From NCBI GenBank assembly GCA_963815215.1, contig CAWFFU010000003.1:224001-288000 (forward strand): a stretch of 64,000 nt of DNA, written 5' to 3'. Positions 52,603-62,069 of this stretch are shown here, piece by piece (positions within the stretch are counted from its first letter, which is position 1; the number at the start of each line of letters is the position of its first letter). The DNA is from an uncultured Trueperaceae bacterium (GTDB taxonomy: Bacteria > Deinococcota > Deinococci > Deinococcales > Trueperaceae). The notes below the pieces were generated by a model. The model was not told where the DNA came from and made no database searches. It saw only the letters and a program-made list of their open reading frames with translations. The position numbers were made by a program, and so were the translations under genes.

Positions 52603-53838
52603 CTAGTGAAGCGGCAGGTTGGACGGTGGCGGGTTGAACGCCGGCATCTGCCCCGCCCGGCCGAAGCCGCTGATGCTCGCTATCGGTGTCGGGGAGCCCG
52701 TCGATGCGACGTCGGCCGCGGCGAACTCGTCGACCGTCGTGCCTTGGTGGGTGACCCACAGGTTGCCGTTCGCGTCCAGCGTGACGCCGACATTGACGCT
52801 CGATCCAGTGGTGATGGTGGCCGCTGGGCTGGGGTTGGACGTGAGGGTGGCGGCGGCGTAGCGCACCACCGTGCCGCCGCTTCCGTTGCCCACCCATAGG
52901 TTGCCGCTGGCATCGAACGCCAGACCCTCGGGACTGACGAGGCCGTTACTGATGGTTGCATCTACCGTGGGCGTAGTCGGCAGCGACGCCGCCGTGTACT
53001 CGGTCACGGTGTTACTGCTGAGATTCACCACCCACAGGTTGCCACTGGCATCGAACGCCAGACTCTGTGGGAAGTCGAGACCACTGATGGTCTTGATGGC
53101 GCTCGGACTGCTGGTCAGCGATCCCGCCGGGTATTCGGTGACCGTGCCGGCGAACACGTCCGAAACCCACAGGTTGCCGCTGGCATCGAACGCGAGGCCG
53201 ACCGGGTTCCCGCCTGTGCTGATGGTGGCCGCCGGACCGGGGTTGGGGATCAGGGATCCCGCCGTGTACTCGGTGATCGTGCCGGCGTGCTCGTTCACCG
53301 CCCACAGGTTGCCGCTGGCATCGAACGCCACGGCGCGCGCATAGTTGATGCCGTTGGTGATGGTGGTCGTGGGCGTGTTGGTGCTTCCCAGCGTGCCGCC
53401 AGCGAAGAAGTCTACCGCGTTGACGTCGAGGTCGGGCACCCACAAACCTGCCACCGAACCCGCCACTGTAACGGTGGTGGTCTTGGTGACCGCGGCGGTG
53501 CCGGTCCCGCCGGTCGCGGTCAGCGTGAAGGTGTAGGAGGCACTGCTGGTGGTGGTGCTGCTGGGCAGCGTCACCGTGGCGCTGGTGCTGGCCGCGAGGT
53601 CGACGCTGCCACCGTAGGCGGTCCCGTTGACCTCCACGCCCGCGCTCGGAGTCACCGTGAGCGCGTAATCCGTGACGTTGCTGCCGCTCCAGCTCAGGAT
53701 CGTGGACCCACCGGAAGAGGCGAGCGCAACCGGGCTCGACGTCAACGAGGTCACCTGCGGAACGGGCTGCTGACTGCAGCCCGCGATGAGGAGGGCCATG
53801 CCGAACGCGAGCACGACGAGGGAAAGACGGTATCTCAC
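52603..53838 (-). CDS. Lipoprotein with Thr/Ser-rich Ig-like region and NHL-repeat beta-propeller
   Basis: GTG 53838 after GGAGG; lipobox LIAG/C; four AFDASGNLW(V/A) repeats plus a degenerate TLDANGNLWV copy. Confidence 0.87.
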   Translation of the reverse strand: MRYRLSLVVLAFGMALLIAGCSQQPVPQVTSLTSSPVALASSGGSTILSWSGSNVTDYALTVTPSAGVEVNGTAYGGSVDLAASTSATVTLPSSTTTSSASYTFTLTATGGTGTAAVTKTTTVTVAGSVAGLWVPDLDVNAVDFFAGGTLGSTNTPTTTITNGINYARAVAFDASGNLWAVNEHAGTITEYTAGSLIPNPGPAATISTGGNPVGLAFDASGNLWVSDVFAGTVTEYPAGSLTSSPSAIKTISGLDFPQSLAFDASGNLWVVNLSSNTVTEYTAASLPTTPTVDATISNGLVSPEGLAFDASGNLWVGNGSGGTVVRYAAATLTSNPSPAATITTGSSVNVGVTLDANGNLWVTHQGTTVDEFAAADVASTGSPTPIASISGFGRAGQMPAFNPPPSNLPLH

Positions 53839-54226
53839 GACAGCCTCCAAATGGTCATGACGCCGCCCGATGGATCTCGGCAACCGCTATGGTTCCGTTG
53901 CTTCTCGCGGTTGCCTTCCCGCACTCAGCCAAAACGGTTCGGACGACGACGTGCAGGACTCGAAACGATTGGAATCCTTCCACACGGCAACATACTCCGC
54001 CCAGCCGACGCCTATAGAATCTTCACCATCCCGTCCGACCGCCCGGCGCTCGGATCGCCAGAACTCAGCAGCGTCCTTCCGCAGGTCGAAGCCACCACCG
54101 ACACGACAAGGAGCGCGGTCGGGTCAGAGGTCGGGCGGTCGAGTCAACCTTCGTTCGGAGTCGGCCCTGCTCTTGGCGTGGCCGACCCATTGCTTGCCGG
54201 CCCGCCGATCATGGATGGAGTCGGGC

Positions 54227-54330
54227 GGGCCCTCCGGAACTCGGAAGGCCCATCTTCGTGTGCTGTCCTGGACGGCCTGCATCTGGTCGGGGTGGCTGGA
54301 TTCGAACCGGCGACCCCTCGACCGCCAGTC
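54227..54330 (-). repeat. attR-like imperfect duplicate of the tRNA-Pro(GGG) 3' half plus downstream flank
   Basis: 54284-54330 matches 57044-57090 at 41/47 positions; 54227-54283 also resembles 56986-57043 (gggcc..tcggaaggccca..tgtgc.gtcctggacggc). Confidence 0.85.
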
Positions 54331-54498
54331 GCTCCAGGGGCCAGAGTGCCCCTCATGTTGGTGAGCGTCTAGGGTCTACATTCTTCGTCCGGGAGGCGCA
54401 AAGTGTCGCCTCTGGCGTTTGTCCTTGTTTGGCCTGGTAACTGCGTGTTTGGCCGAGTTGGCACACAATCGGTGACAGGACCCCGGAGGTAGATCCAG

Positions 54499-55446
54499 TT
54501 AGGTAGCGGGGATTTCAGCGGCTTGGATGGAGCCGTTGACCATGGCGGCAACCTCGTCCAGGTAGGCGTCCATCGTGGCCAGCGATCGGTCATGGGTAGC
54601 GAGAGCGTCGAGCCAAATCGGGTAGGTCGGCGGGTGCACGACCATGGCGTCGCCCGCGTGCTTCTCGAGGCCGGGGTGAGGCCCGTCGAAGAGCGCACGT
54701 GCGTCGGCCAGATGCACGAGCGGGGCGGCAGGTTGAAGGTCGCTAGACCACGTGGTGACACTTGAGCGTCTGGCCGCGAGGGCGATGGTGCCGGCGCCGG
54801 CGGTGACGTCGATCAACCGCCCGCCTGTGGGAAGGTACGTCGCGATGATGCCTTCCACCACGAGCGTCGGCAGCAGCTCGGCTCGACGGAGGGTTCCCGC
54901 CTGGGCGGGATAGAGCCACATATCGCCTTGAGGTCTCGAGGCGTGCACGGCTTCGGGATCGGGTGGCATCCAGTCCGCATCGGGAGCACGGTCGGGGGTC
55001 TCAGGCCCGCGCTCCGTCTCGGTGTTCGCTGCCTGCTCTTGCGTGGCGAGCGCGCGACGGGCGGCGCGCTCGATGGCTGCGCTGAGGCCACGCGGCAGCA
55101 GGGCGGTCTCGCTCGAGGCTCGTCTTGCCGCGGCCCAGAGTGGCTCGAGCACGGCGCTTCGCACGCTCGGGTCGTCCAGGCGGTTCACGAGGCGTGCCAC
55201 GCGGAGGGGCAGACCGCGTTCGAGGGCTTCCGTGACGTCCGGTGCGAAGGTGCGAATCGAGAGCAGGTGGCGGGTCACGTAGCCCGGGCTGATGGCCGCC
55301 TGGTCCATGAGCTCACGGAGCTGCGGCGGCCAGGCGTCCCTCCCGGCCCGAAGGTGGCGTCGGAGAGCGCGGGTGGCCGCCTCGTCACCAGCTTCAGGGA
55401 CGGTCGCGAGCAGGCGGCAGTAGAGGCCGAGGGGCTCCTGTGGCAC
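54499..55446 (-). pseudogene. ParB-HTH-like / amino-methyltransferase fusion, apparently C-terminally truncated
   Basis: ParB-like segment FAPDVTEALERGLPLRVARLVNRL; MTase motif I IDVTAGAGT; motif IV-like HPPTY; ends about 40 aa later, next to the islet end. Confidence 0.6.
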
Positions 55447-55629
55447 GGTGCCTCACTGTCGCACGCGGATTCGACCCAGTCGATCTAGAGGCCCAATTGC
55501 CGCTGGTCTTGCAGGTCGCCTAGGGCCCAGATCCTTCGGCCCGGACGTGCAACGTCGCTCGAGGGCAGGTTTGAGATGGCGGAGGGTGCGTTCTTCGGTT
55601 TGGGCGTGCCCACGTACGACGGAGGGCGC

Positions 55630-56373
55630 CTACGCGGCCAGGGCGGGGCGTCCCGAGCGCCGCAGCACCCACGCGGTGTAGCTGCCGAACACGACGATGT
55701 AGGCGACGGCGATGATGGCGGTGAGGGTCTCGTAGCCGGGACCGCTCACCACACCGTCGCCGGCGACGAAGCCGAACAGGTCCGTGCTGGCGTGCGCGGC
55801 GATGAGCGGGAGAAGGCGCCCTCCGGCCTCGAGCGCGGCGGCGAACGCGCACCCCAGCGCGAAGGCGTAGACGACCTGCAAGCCGGTGGTGAGCGGGTCG
55901 GCGCCTCGTGCGATGTTCATCAGGTGCATCACTCCGAAGATCGCGGCCGAGCCGACCACGGCGCGGCCGACGCCGAGCCTTCGGAGTGCGGTGTACACCA
56001 CCCCGCGGAACAGCACTTCTTCGGTGATCCCGACTAGAAGCGCGAGGAGGGCGAAGACGAGAACACGTTGCGGCCCCCAACTGCCGCCGAAGCGTAGCGC
56101 GAGCGCCAGCGTGACCACGGCGGGCAGGAAGAGCGGGGCACTGAGGGTGAAGGCGCGGCCCCAGGGCTGGGGCTGGATACCGGCGGCGCGTAGGCCGCCG
56201 CGGCGCCTCAGCACATACAGCCCGAGTAGAGCGAGAGGCACGTCGGCGAGGACGACGAGCATCTCTGCGGGCAGGTCGAAGATCTGGGTGACCGCGCCGG
56301 CGGCGAAGACGATGGCGATGGTGAGCACGATGGCGAACGCCGCTTGTCGGCGCGTGAAGGTGGATGCGTTCAT
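55630..56373 (-). CDS. CPBP (CAAX/Abi) family intramembrane metalloprotease
   Basis: EEVLFRG, FGVMHL and AHASTD motifs; multiple TM helices. Confidence 0.9.
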   Translation of the reverse strand: MNASTFTRRQAAFAIVLTIAIVFAAGAVTQIFDLPAEMLVVLADVPLALLGLYVLRRRGGLRAAGIQPQPWGRAFTLSAPLFLPAVVTLALALRFGGSWGPQRVLVFALLALLVGITEEVLFRGVVYTALRRLGVGRAVVGSAAIFGVMHLMNIARGADPLTTGLQVVYAFALGCAFAAALEAGGRLLPLIAAHASTDLFGFVAGDGVVSGPGYETLTAIIAVAYIVVFGSYTAWVLRRSGRPALAA

Positions 56374-56592
56374 AGAGCCCCCGGGCTTCGGCGGGCGCGC
56401 GCTGTGGTCCGCGCCGGGAAGCCAGATACGGTGCCCTCCTGGCTTCGGCGGATCGCACGAAGGCCGGGAGGGTTCGGCTCCAGCACGGCGCAGGCGCGCG
56501 TGCGGGCCACCTGAACGCTAGCACTCCCGCGTCGCAGCTCACCCTTGTGGCGGGGCTGCAAGCGACACCAGGACGCCGTGCAGGCGCTGAGG

Positions 56593-56920
56593 TCAGGCGT
56601 TCTTGTTGTGCAGGGGGAGGCGCCCGTACGTATGGAGGTGCGTCTGCAGCAGCCACGCTTCGGCCAGGGCGGGCAGCACGCTGCGGCCGCCGGCGAGGAG
56701 GAGCGCCCAGGTGATGTCGAAGCCTTCGAGGTCGAGTTCGTCCATGCGGCGCTTGAAGAACGCCTCGCGCCACTCGCCCTTGCTCTGGTCGTTGTTGAGG
56801 CGTTCGGGGAGCGTCTGCCAGCCAGGCGTGCCCATCTGGCTCTTGGTGCCGCTGCGGCCGATGTAGAACCCGCCGGTGGCCGGTGCTGGGTGGTTCAGCT
56901 TGCTGGCATAGTGTATCCAC
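56593..56920 (-). pseudogene. GIY-YIG-like nuclease remnant (5' end uncertain)
   Basis: FYIGRSG...LPERL...AEAWLLQTH..YGRLPLHNK gives the YIG, Arg, Glu, Asn order of GIY-YIG; no convincing start upstream of YIG. Confidence 0.45.
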
Positions 56921-56952
56921 TGAAGGCTTGCCGGCAGGTTCAGTCGGCCAGA

Positions 56953-56974
56953 AATCGGCACACAATCGGCACAC
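56953..56974. repeat. Tandem 11-bp repeat, putative integrase arm-type sites
   Basis: AATCGGCACAC x2; GGCACACAATCGG recurs at 54460-54472. Confidence 0.65.
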
Positions 56975-57043
56975 AAAAGGCAGCTGGGCCTCCCGAATCT
57001 CGGAAGGCCCAGCTTGCTTGTGCCGTCCTGGACGGCTTCTGCT

Positions 57044-57120
57044 TGGTCGGGGTGACTGGATTTGAACCAGCGACCACTTGACCCCCAGTCAAGTGCGCTA
57101 CCAGGCTGCGCTACACCCCG
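57044..57120 (-). tRNA. tRNA-Pro(GGG)
   Basis: CGGGGTGTAGCGCAGCCTGGTAGCGCA-CTTGA-CTGGGGG-TCAAG-TGGTC-GCTGGTTCAAATCCAGT-CACCCCGACCA. Confidence 0.97.
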
Positions 57121-57212
57121 GAGGCAGGGCAACGACGCGCGCATCGCTGCCCTAAGAGTGTACGAGCGCCCTCACGTCAGCGTCAAGCAGTTCGGGGGCT
57201 ACCCTCGGCCGT

Positions 57213-58634
57213 CTACTCGCTCCTCACCTCGAACGCGAGGAGAAACGCGGGAAGTTCCTCCCCGGGGTGGTCGGCGTGGTTGAGCATGGGCAGCTGGAGG
57301 TAGGTGGCGTTGGCGTCGGGGGTCGTGGGGCCGCCGGGTGAGACGACGTTCCCCTGATAGATCGATGGGTAGATGCCGAGGAAGTGCGTGCCCTCGCCGC
57401 CGGGGGCCTTGAGGTGGATGGTGACGTCGCCCTGGCTGTTGAAGCCGCATCCGTAGCCGATGTAGCCGTTGTCCAGCAGCACCGTGTAGATGTTGGCCGT
57501 CGCCGTCCAGCCCACGCCCTTCAGCGTGAACGTGATGTCGTCTCCTGGCGCCACGACCTGCGGTGACACCGCGGAGACGCTGGGCGTGATGGTGTAGCTC
57601 AGTGACGCGCTGGCATCGCCGGCCACAGCGCGCAAACGGTGGCCGCCGCCGAGGTCGTCGGGTGTGGGCAAGCTCAAGCTGAACGCACCCGACGCGTCGG
57701 CGGTGGTGTCGGTGAGAACGCGCTCGGACTCGTCCCAACCGCCGCCGCTGATGCGGTTGCCGGTGACGGTGCTCCAGTGCAACTGGACTGCTGCGTTCGG
57801 AGGGAAGCCGCTACCGTGGAGCGTCATCGGGCTACCGACAGGGCCGGACGCGTGGTCGGCATCGAGGGTCGGCCCCGTCCCCTTGCTCGCCGCGCTGCCA
57901 CGGCGCGGCAGGGTCTGCGTGGCCGGTCCCGGGGGTTGCACGGCGCTCCCCGCGGTCACCTCGAACACGGCCGAGAGCACGGTGGGGATCGCGGGTTTGT
58001 AGTTCGGTGACTGCTGCTGGTTGAGGTAGGCGACGGGATGCGTGCCCGAGATGGCCTGCAACGTGTGCACGCCGACGCCGCCGCTGGCGGGGAGGATCAC
58101 CACCGCGGTCCCGCGGCTGGTGATGGCGGACATCCAGCCGCTGTGGGCGCCGTCGTAGAGCAGGTGCCACACGGACTCCCAGAACCGGTAGCCGATGCCT
58201 GTCATGGTGATGGTGATCGGGGTGCCGACCGGGCCGGACGCCGGGGAGACCGCCAGCGTTGGAACGAGCGAGAATCCTTGCCGTGCCAGCCGCTCCCCAC
58301 CGGACTCGACGAAGAGGTTGTGCACGTAACCGTAGTCCTCGGGCACGGTGAAGGTCATCGTGGCCGTCCCGTCGGCCTCCGTGTCGGTGGCTGCGACCAC
58401 CGTGCGGGTCTCGGTCGCGGTGATGCCGTCGAAGGTGCCGTCGCCGACGTTCCAGTTGGCGTCGGCGCTCATCCAGGCGAGCTCCACCGTCGTGCCGGCG
58501 GCCAGGCCGCGGACTGTCGCGGCGACCTGCGTGCCGACGGGGCCACTCGCGGGGTGCAGCTCGAGCGTCCCCGGCAGCTGGGCGAACGCGAAGCCCGTCA
58601 GAAGGAGCAGGAGTCCTGGCAGGAAGCGCTTCAA
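57213..58634 (-). CDS. Secreted protein with repeated Ig/IPT-like beta domains
   Basis: TTG 58634 after GAGAGGAG; signal peptide ending AFA/Q; three (P/H)ASGPVG(T/S) repeats. Confidence 0.8.
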   Translation of the reverse strand: MKRFLPGLLLLLTGFAFAQLPGTLELHPASGPVGTQVAATVRGLAAGTTVELAWMSADANWNVGDGTFDGITATETRTVVAATDTEADGTATMTFTVPEDYGYVHNLFVESGGERLARQGFSLVPTLAVSPASGPVGTPITITMTGIGYRFWESVWHLLYDGAHSGWMSAITSRGTAVVILPASGGVGVHTLQAISGTHPVAYLNQQQSPNYKPAIPTVLSAVFEVTAGSAVQPPGPATQTLPRRGSAASKGTGPTLDADHASGPVGSPMTLHGSGFPPNAAVQLHWSTVTGNRISGGGWDESERVLTDTTADASGAFSLSLPTPDDLGGGHRLRAVAGDASASLSYTITPSVSAVSPQVVAPGDDITFTLKGVGWTATANIYTVLLDNGYIGYGCGFNSQGDVTIHLKAPGGEGTHFLGIYPSIYQGNVVSPGGPTTPDANATYLQLPMLNHADHPGEELPAFLLAFEVRSE

Positions 58635-58723
58635 GGTCGCTCCTCTCGTTGCACGTGTGTCAGCCGCCGAGCGCCGGCCTCCATCGTCGGCGCGGCGCAC
58701 GGCGGCTATCGCTACGTCTTCGG

Positions 58724-59209
58724 CTACTGCTGGGCCTGGATGGTCACGGAGTTGCCGCCGAACGCCTGTCCGATGGGTTCGAACGTGGCGGTGTTGCCTT
58801 GCGCGTCGATGACTTCGACGTGCCAGGCGTACGCGCCGGCGGGCGCGTCGGCGGGGATCACCCAGGGGCCACGGAAGAACGACGGGCCCGGCGGCATGTC
58901 GGTGCCACCTGCTGGTGCGAAGAACATGGGGACGTCGTCGTGCCCTTCGACCTTCACGCTCGCTTGCAGGCCACGTGCCTGCACGTCCTCGAACGCGAGC
59001 TCCGCACCGGTGACCGCGTCGATCACCGAAGCGCGGAACACGATCTTCTCGCCCGGGTAGAACACCGAGTTGGGCACGCACACGGGACCGTGCAGGACCG
59101 GCCCGTCGGCCCTCACCATGTCGGCCTTGACGAAGTACGTGGGATTGGCTAGCGCAGCGGTCAGGAACCACAACGCAGCTACGACGAACGACATCCGGAT
59201 CCGTCTCAT
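58724..59209 (-). CDS. Small secreted hypothetical protein
   Basis: SD AGGAGG; signal peptide ending ALA/N; beta-rich mature part; candidate promoter TTGTGC-17-TACAGT upstream. Confidence 0.8.
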   Translation of the reverse strand: MRRIRMSFVVAALWFLTAALANPTYFVKADMVRADGPVLHGPVCVPNSVFYPGEKIVFRASVIDAVTGAELAFEDVQARGLQASVKVEGHDDVPMFFAPAGGTDMPPGPSFFRGPWVIPADAPAGAYAWHVEVIDAQGNTATFEPIGQAFGGNSVTIQAQQ

Positions 59210-59395
59210 GACCCCTCCTAGGGCGCTTCCGTCGGCAACGGCGACAGGTAGATTGTCGGAAGTTGACGCTCACTGTACGAGGCGAGGCCCGAGAGCACAA
59301 TCGCAGCGAGCACAGCGCGCGCGAGTACTCTTCCGGTATAGGGGCGTGCGCGAAGGTTCTCGCCTCCCTCGTCACCAGGCTCCTAGAATGACTTC

Positions 59396-60046
59396 ATGAC
59401 GTACCCGGCCAACGAGCCGCTCGAGCTGCTCGACGACGACGGCGCGCCGCTCGGGCGTGGCAAGGAGCGCGCGCGCGTCCACGCCGACGGCGACTGGCAC
59501 CGCGCCTTCCACCTGTGGGTGGTGCGGGAGGGGCGGATGGTGCTGCTGCAGCGTCGCTCGCGGCGCAAGGACCTCGAGGGCGGCCGGATCGACGTCACCG
59601 TCGGAGGGCACGTGCGGGTGGGGGAGACGCTCGTCGACATCGTGCGCGAGGCGGAGGAGGAGATCGGGCTGGTGGTGCGGCCCGGACAGCTCGTGTACCT
59701 CGGCAGCGCCCGCTCGGTGCGCAGCTACGCCGACGCCCTCGACCGCGAGGTGCAAGAGGTCTACGCGGTCCGGGACGAGCGTCCGCTGACCGAGTACGCG
59801 CTGGCGTGCGATGAGGTCGAGGTGCTCTATGAGGCGCCCGTCGAGCGGGCCATCGACCTCTATCGGGAGGGCCGTTACCTGGCCGCCGCCGGCTACGACT
59901 GCCAGCGACGCGTCAGCAACGCCCTGCTCATCGAGGACGACCTGATCACGCAAGGGCGCGCGCTCACGGCGCGCGCCCTGGAACGTCTGCGGGAGTGGTT
60001 GAGCGGAGCCGATCCCGCACCATGGGCCGATGAGCCCATCGCCTAG
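59396..60046 (+). CDS. NUDIX hydrolase (IDI-like subfamily)
   Basis: VHADGDWHRAFHLWV, LLQRRS..K, GGHVRVGETLVDIVREAEEEIGL. Confidence 0.88.
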   Translation: MTYPANEPLELLDDDGAPLGRGKERARVHADGDWHRAFHLWVVREGRMVLLQRRSRRKDLEGGRIDVTVGGHVRVGETLVDIVREAEEEIGLVVRPGQLVYLGSARSVRSYADALDREVQEVYAVRDERPLTEYALACDEVEVLYEAPVERAIDLYREGRYLAAAGYDCQRRVSNALLIEDDLITQGRALTARALERLREWLSGADPAPWADEPIA

Positions 60047-60060
60047 GGGATCGCTCGGTC

Positions 60061-61716
60061 CTATCCCTGCAACACCGTCGGGACGATGAGTGGGTTACGG
60101 CCGGTGGCCTTGCGGATGTAGCGACGCACCGGGTAGAAGATGTCGTCCCGGATGTCGTTGAGCCGTCGCTTCTCGCGCACGCCCTTCTGCAGCCCCTCGA
60201 GCGCGATGCGCTCGATCTCCTTGACCAGCCCGTTGTCGCCCTGCGCCACGCCGCGGGTGATGACCTCCACCGACGGCTTGCGTCCGGCCAGCGCCATGAT
60301 GACGATGACGCCTTCGGCCGAGAGCATCTGGCGGTCGCGGATGACAGGTTCGGTGACCTCGTCGCCGGTCCGTCCGACACTGTCGATGAAGACCACGCCG
60401 GCGTCGACCTGGCCCACCACCTTGAGGTTGTCCTTGGTCAACTCGAGCACGTCACCGTTGTGCGCGATGAGCACCTTCTTGGGGGGGTGGCTCATGCCTT
60501 CGGCCAGCCGCTGGTGGTTGACCTGATGGCGCATCTCGCCGTGCCACGGCATGAAGAAGCGCGGCCGCGTGAGGTCGAGGATGAGCTTGAGCTCCTCCTG
60601 CGAGGCGTGCCCGGAGGCGTGAACCTTGTACGTCGGCGGGTAGAAGACGTTGACCCGGCGCTCGTAGAGCTGGTTGATGACGCGTCCCACCGCTTCCTCG
60701 TTGCCGGGGATGGGGTTGGACGACATGATGACGGTGTCGCCGGGCTTGAGGTTGATCTTGCGGTGGCTGCCCGAGGCCAGGCGGCTCAGGGCCGCCATCG
60801 GCTGTCCCTGCGAGCCGGTGCACAGGAACAGGAGCTTGTCGTCCTGCAGGTCGCCGACGTTCTCGCTGGCGACGAAGGGCTGCTTGAGCTCCAGGTAGCC
60901 GAGTTCCTGCGCGATGGTGGCGTTCTTGACCATCGAACGCCCCTCCATCACCACCCGGCGGTCGAACTTCTCGGCGATACGCACGAAGTTCTGGAGCCGG
61001 TGGACGTGGCTGGAGAAGGTGGTGACGATGACGCGCCCCCGCGCCTTCGCCACCAACTCGTCGACGGCGGCCATGACGTCGCGCTCGCTGGGGGTGTAGC
61101 CCGGCCGCTCGGCGTTGGTGGAGTCCGAGATGAGCAGCAATACGCCGTCCTCGCCGGCCTGCGCGAGCTTGTGCAGGTGGCTGGTCTTGCCGTCGGCGGG
61201 GTTGTAGTCGAGCTTGAAGTCACCCGAGTGCACCACCCGGCCCAGCGGCGTGTGGATGATCAGGCCGCTGTTGTCGGGGATCGAGTGTGTCATGCGGAAG
61301 AAGTCGACGGTGAAGTACTTGCTGATCTTGATGCGATCGTCGGGCGTGATCTCGTGCAGGTCGACGTCGTTCTCGGAGAGCTTGAACTCCTCGAACTTGC
61401 CGCGTAGCAGGCCCAGGGTGAGCTTGGCCCCGTACATCGGGATCTTGGGCAGCAGCTTGATCATGTAGGGCAGCCCGCCGATGTGGTCCTCGTGGCCGTG
61501 TGTCAGCACCCAACCCTTGATCTTGTGGGCGTTCTCGACCACCCAGTCGATCCTCGGGACCAGGATGTCGACGCCCAGCATGTCGGCGTCGGGGAACGCG
61601 AGCCCCCCGTCGATGAGCAGGATCTCGCCCTCGTACTCGAAGGCGAACATGTTCTTGCCGATCTCGCCCATGCCGCCTAGGGGGATGATGCGAAGTTTGC
61701 GGTCGTCCGCAGCCAT
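60061..61716 (-). CDS. rnj: Ribonuclease J
   Basis: Start ATG 61716 after GAGAGGAG; PLGGMGEIGKNM, THGHEDHIGG, HSIPD, GDFK, DSTNAE, TGSQG, HASGHA. Confidence 0.96.
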   Translation of the reverse strand: MAADDRKLRIIPLGGMGEIGKNMFAFEYEGEILLIDGGLAFPDADMLGVDILVPRIDWVVENAHKIKGWVLTHGHEDHIGGLPYMIKLLPKIPMYGAKLTLGLLRGKFEEFKLSENDVDLHEITPDDRIKISKYFTVDFFRMTHSIPDNSGLIIHTPLGRVVHSGDFKLDYNPADGKTSHLHKLAQAGEDGVLLLISDSTNAERPGYTPSERDVMAAVDELVAKARGRVIVTTFSSHVHRLQNFVRIAEKFDRRVVMEGRSMVKNATIAQELGYLELKQPFVASENVGDLQDDKLLFLCTGSQGQPMAALSRLASGSHRKINLKPGDTVIMSSNPIPGNEEAVGRVINQLYERRVNVFYPPTYKVHASGHASQEELKLILDLTRPRFFMPWHGEMRHQVNHQRLAEGMSHPPKKVLIAHNGDVLELTKDNLKVVGQVDAGVVFIDSVGRTGDEVTEPVIRDRQMLSAEGVIVIMALAGRKPSVEVITRGVAQGDNGLVKEIERIALEGLQKGVREKRRLNDIRDDIFYPVRRYIRKATGRNPLIVPTVLQG

Positions 61717-62026
61717 GACACTCCTCTCGTGTCCATCGGCATGGCCACACGCTGGCGACGTGGCGACCGGTACGGTCGTCCACGTCGGCAACGGCATGCG
61801 CCGCGCCGGAGTCGCTTGTTGCAAGGCCGTCCGGTCCGTTCACGGTCGGTCGTGCTCGCAAGATAGGAGGGACGTCGATCTCGCGTCGTCCCGGCCTCCC
61901 GGAGGAGGCGAGCCGCGGTCGGGCTTCGGTGCGCGTTCTGCGCGGCCCGGCCGGCGGTGTTGCGTTCGGTCCTGCGTGCGGTCCGCGCCGCTGGTATCAC
62001 ATAGGGTGCGGCGCGATCGCGCCGCG

Positions 62027-62056
62027 GGGCCTTCCCGTCGCGGAACGGGAAGGCCC
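62027..62056 (-). terminator. Hairpin downstream of pnp
   Basis: GGGCCTTCCCGT / ACGGGAAGGCCC 12-bp stem just after the pnp stop; no strong U-tract. Confidence 0.55.
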
Positions 62057-62069
62057 GGATCTGCTCAGC

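Larger units (their letters stand above)
54284..57090. mobile_element. Integrase-less genomic islet between tRNA-Pro(GGG) and its duplicated 3' half
   Basis: Flanking att-like repeats; GGCACACAATCGG inside both ends; accessory or truncated cargo. Confidence 0.65.

Noticed and set aside
52755..53330. About 28-bp repeats (cccacaggttgccgctggcatcgaacgc) spaced about 135 bp apart, superficially CRISPR-like
   Set aside because: They are the in-frame AFDASGNLW NHL repeats of the lipoprotein; the spacing is too long and there are no cas genes.
54284..54360. Possible extra tRNA with a GGC anticodon
   Set aside because: No D-arm or 5' acceptor strand; only the 3' half is present, so it is treated as an att scar.
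56374..56520. Tandem CCGCCGAAGCC in the CPBP leader, reminiscent of a glycine riboswitch
   Set aside because: It lacks the GGAGA and CTCTCAGG elements and reads GAAGCC rather than GAAGG; the gene context does not fit.
56921..57144. N-terminal part of the 183-aa ORF running through tRNA-Pro(GGG)
   Set aside because: It overlaps the tRNA and att flank, so it is a chance open frame; only the distal part looks protein-like.
57213..59375. 720-aa ORF as a single protein
   Set aside because: The N-terminal 247 aa are Arg-rich and overlap the real 58724-59209 gene in another frame; the SD and signal peptide point to a start at 58634.
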